Positions 63,297 to 64,000 of a stretch of 64,000 nucleotides of DNA are shown here, one piece after another. Every line of letters begins with the position of its first letter. Position 1 is the stretch's first letter. The stretch comes from a virus. Lineage: Duplodnaviria > Caudoviricetes. Below the pieces are notes generated by a model. It was not told the DNA's origin. It saw nothing but the letters and a program-made list of their open reading frames with translations, and made no database searches. The position numbers were made by a program, and so were the translations under genes. Location of the stretch: positions 22,938 through 86,937 of the IMG/VR virus record IMGVR_UViG_2892966740_000006; one strand, 5' to 3'.

Positions 63297-63503
63297 ATGA
63301 AAAAGCTGCTTGAGGCAATCACCGGTGACGACAACGTCACCATTGAACCCGCCTACCTGTGGTGGGCACTGGCTATCTTGGTCGGCATCGGCCTTGAGAT
63401 TTACTCGGTAGTCACCGGCAAGCCATTTGACCTGCAATCGTATGGGGTCGGTGTTGGCGCCCTGCTGGTGGGCGGCGGGTTCGGCAAGAAAGTAGGTGGG
63501 TGA
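63297..63503 (+). CDS. Two-TM holin-like protein
   Basis: Two hydrophobic helices within lysis cassette. Confidence 0.6.
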   Translation: MKKLLEAITGDDNVTIEPAYLWWALAILVGIGLEIYSVVTGKPFDLQSYGVGVGALLVGGGFGKKVGG

Positions 63504-64000
63504 TGATCTGGATTGCGAAAAACTGGAAGTGGCTGGCGGCACTGGTGGCCGTGGCCGGATTGATCGCGCTGGGCGTGGAGATGCGAGGCATTGCTGACCG
63601 CCCTGCTCTGGCGTCTGCCAAGGCGGATGCGTCAGCGGCACGTGGCGTGACCGAGGCGGTACAGGCTGCGCGTGTGATCGAGCACAAGGTGGCTGCAAGC
63701 GATGCGGAGGCATCCGCTCAATATCAGAAAGGACTGGAAGATGGGAAAACTGAACTGCAAGGTGCTGTTGATCGGCTTAATGCTGCTCTCCGGCTGCGTG
63801 ACGCCAAGCTCACTGCAGCCCGCGCCGGGAATCTGTCCGCAGCTGCCACCGGCTCCAGCAGACGTGATGCGTCCGCGCCAACCGACTTTCTTGCAGCGCA
63901 TGGAAGCGATGCTCTCCGGCTCGCTGCCGAAGCCGACGACGTCACCAAGCAACTGACGGCGTGTCAGGCGATTGTGGCGAGTGATCGGGCTGTTCCGTAA
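63500..64000 (+). CDS. i-spanin Rz
   Basis: TM helix, coiled coil, QLTACQA. Confidence 0.85.
   Translation: MMIWIAKNWKWLAALVAVAGLIALGVEMRGIADRPALASAKADASAARGVTEAVQAARVIEHKVAASDAEASAQYQKGLEDGKTELQGAVDRLNAALRLRDAKLTAARAGNLSAAATGSSRRDASAPTDFLAAHGSDALRLAAEADDVTKQLTACQAIVASDRAVP
63741..63956 (+). CDS. o-spanin Rz1
   Basis: Lipobox LSGC, CPQLPPAP, nested in Rz. Confidence 0.8.
   Translation: MGKLNCKVLLIGLMLLSGCVTPSSLQPAPGICPQLPPAPADVMRPRQPTFLQRMEAMLSGSLPKPTTSPSN

Larger units (their letters stand above)
18694..64000. mobile_element. Lambdoid siphovirus prophage
   Basis: int-xis-recombination-cI-cro-O-DnaB-nin-Q-head-tail (M,L,K,I,J)-lysis. Confidence 0.95.

Noticed and set aside
1-64000. Both prophages being heavily decayed pseudogene fields
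   Set aside because: Breaks cluster at GCCGGC, CCWGG and homopolymers while protein motifs remain intact, which fits sequencing error.
1-64000. CRISPR array, DGR/retron, tRNA or invertible tail cassette
   Set aside because: No spaced repeats, reverse transcriptase, cloverleaf or invertase seen by eye.

Overview
The whole window is prophage DNA from two nested phages. Positions 1-18693 are the left part of a Mu-like transposable prophage, mostly on the minus strand: repressor, ner, MuA, MuB, early genes, mor, lysis genes, terminase and portal (cut by the window edge). Its terminal ...CCACA sits inside the tyrosine integrase gene of a lambdoid siphoprophage (18694-64000) and removes the integrase's catalytic C-terminus. 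The lambdoid phage runs int/xis, left early operon, an accessory cassette array between oL and cI, cI/cro, O/DnaB replication, nin region, Q, head, tail and lysis. Many genes are frameshifted. The breaks cluster where GCCGGC would be expected (seen instead as GCTTAAGC or variants), at CCWGG and at homopolymers, which points to modified-base sequencing errors rather than decay. Best leads: (1) a covarying structured RNA shared by the two unrelated phages, with a tRNA-Ile anticodon-like loop, just upstream of an RBS in both; (2) a hammerhead ribozyme in the Mu early operon; (3) two unannotated microprotein + membrane-protein modules; (4) a possible Acb2/Tad1-like sponge; (5) the GCCGGC modification signature. 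All family names come from motif recognition by eye, not database searches.
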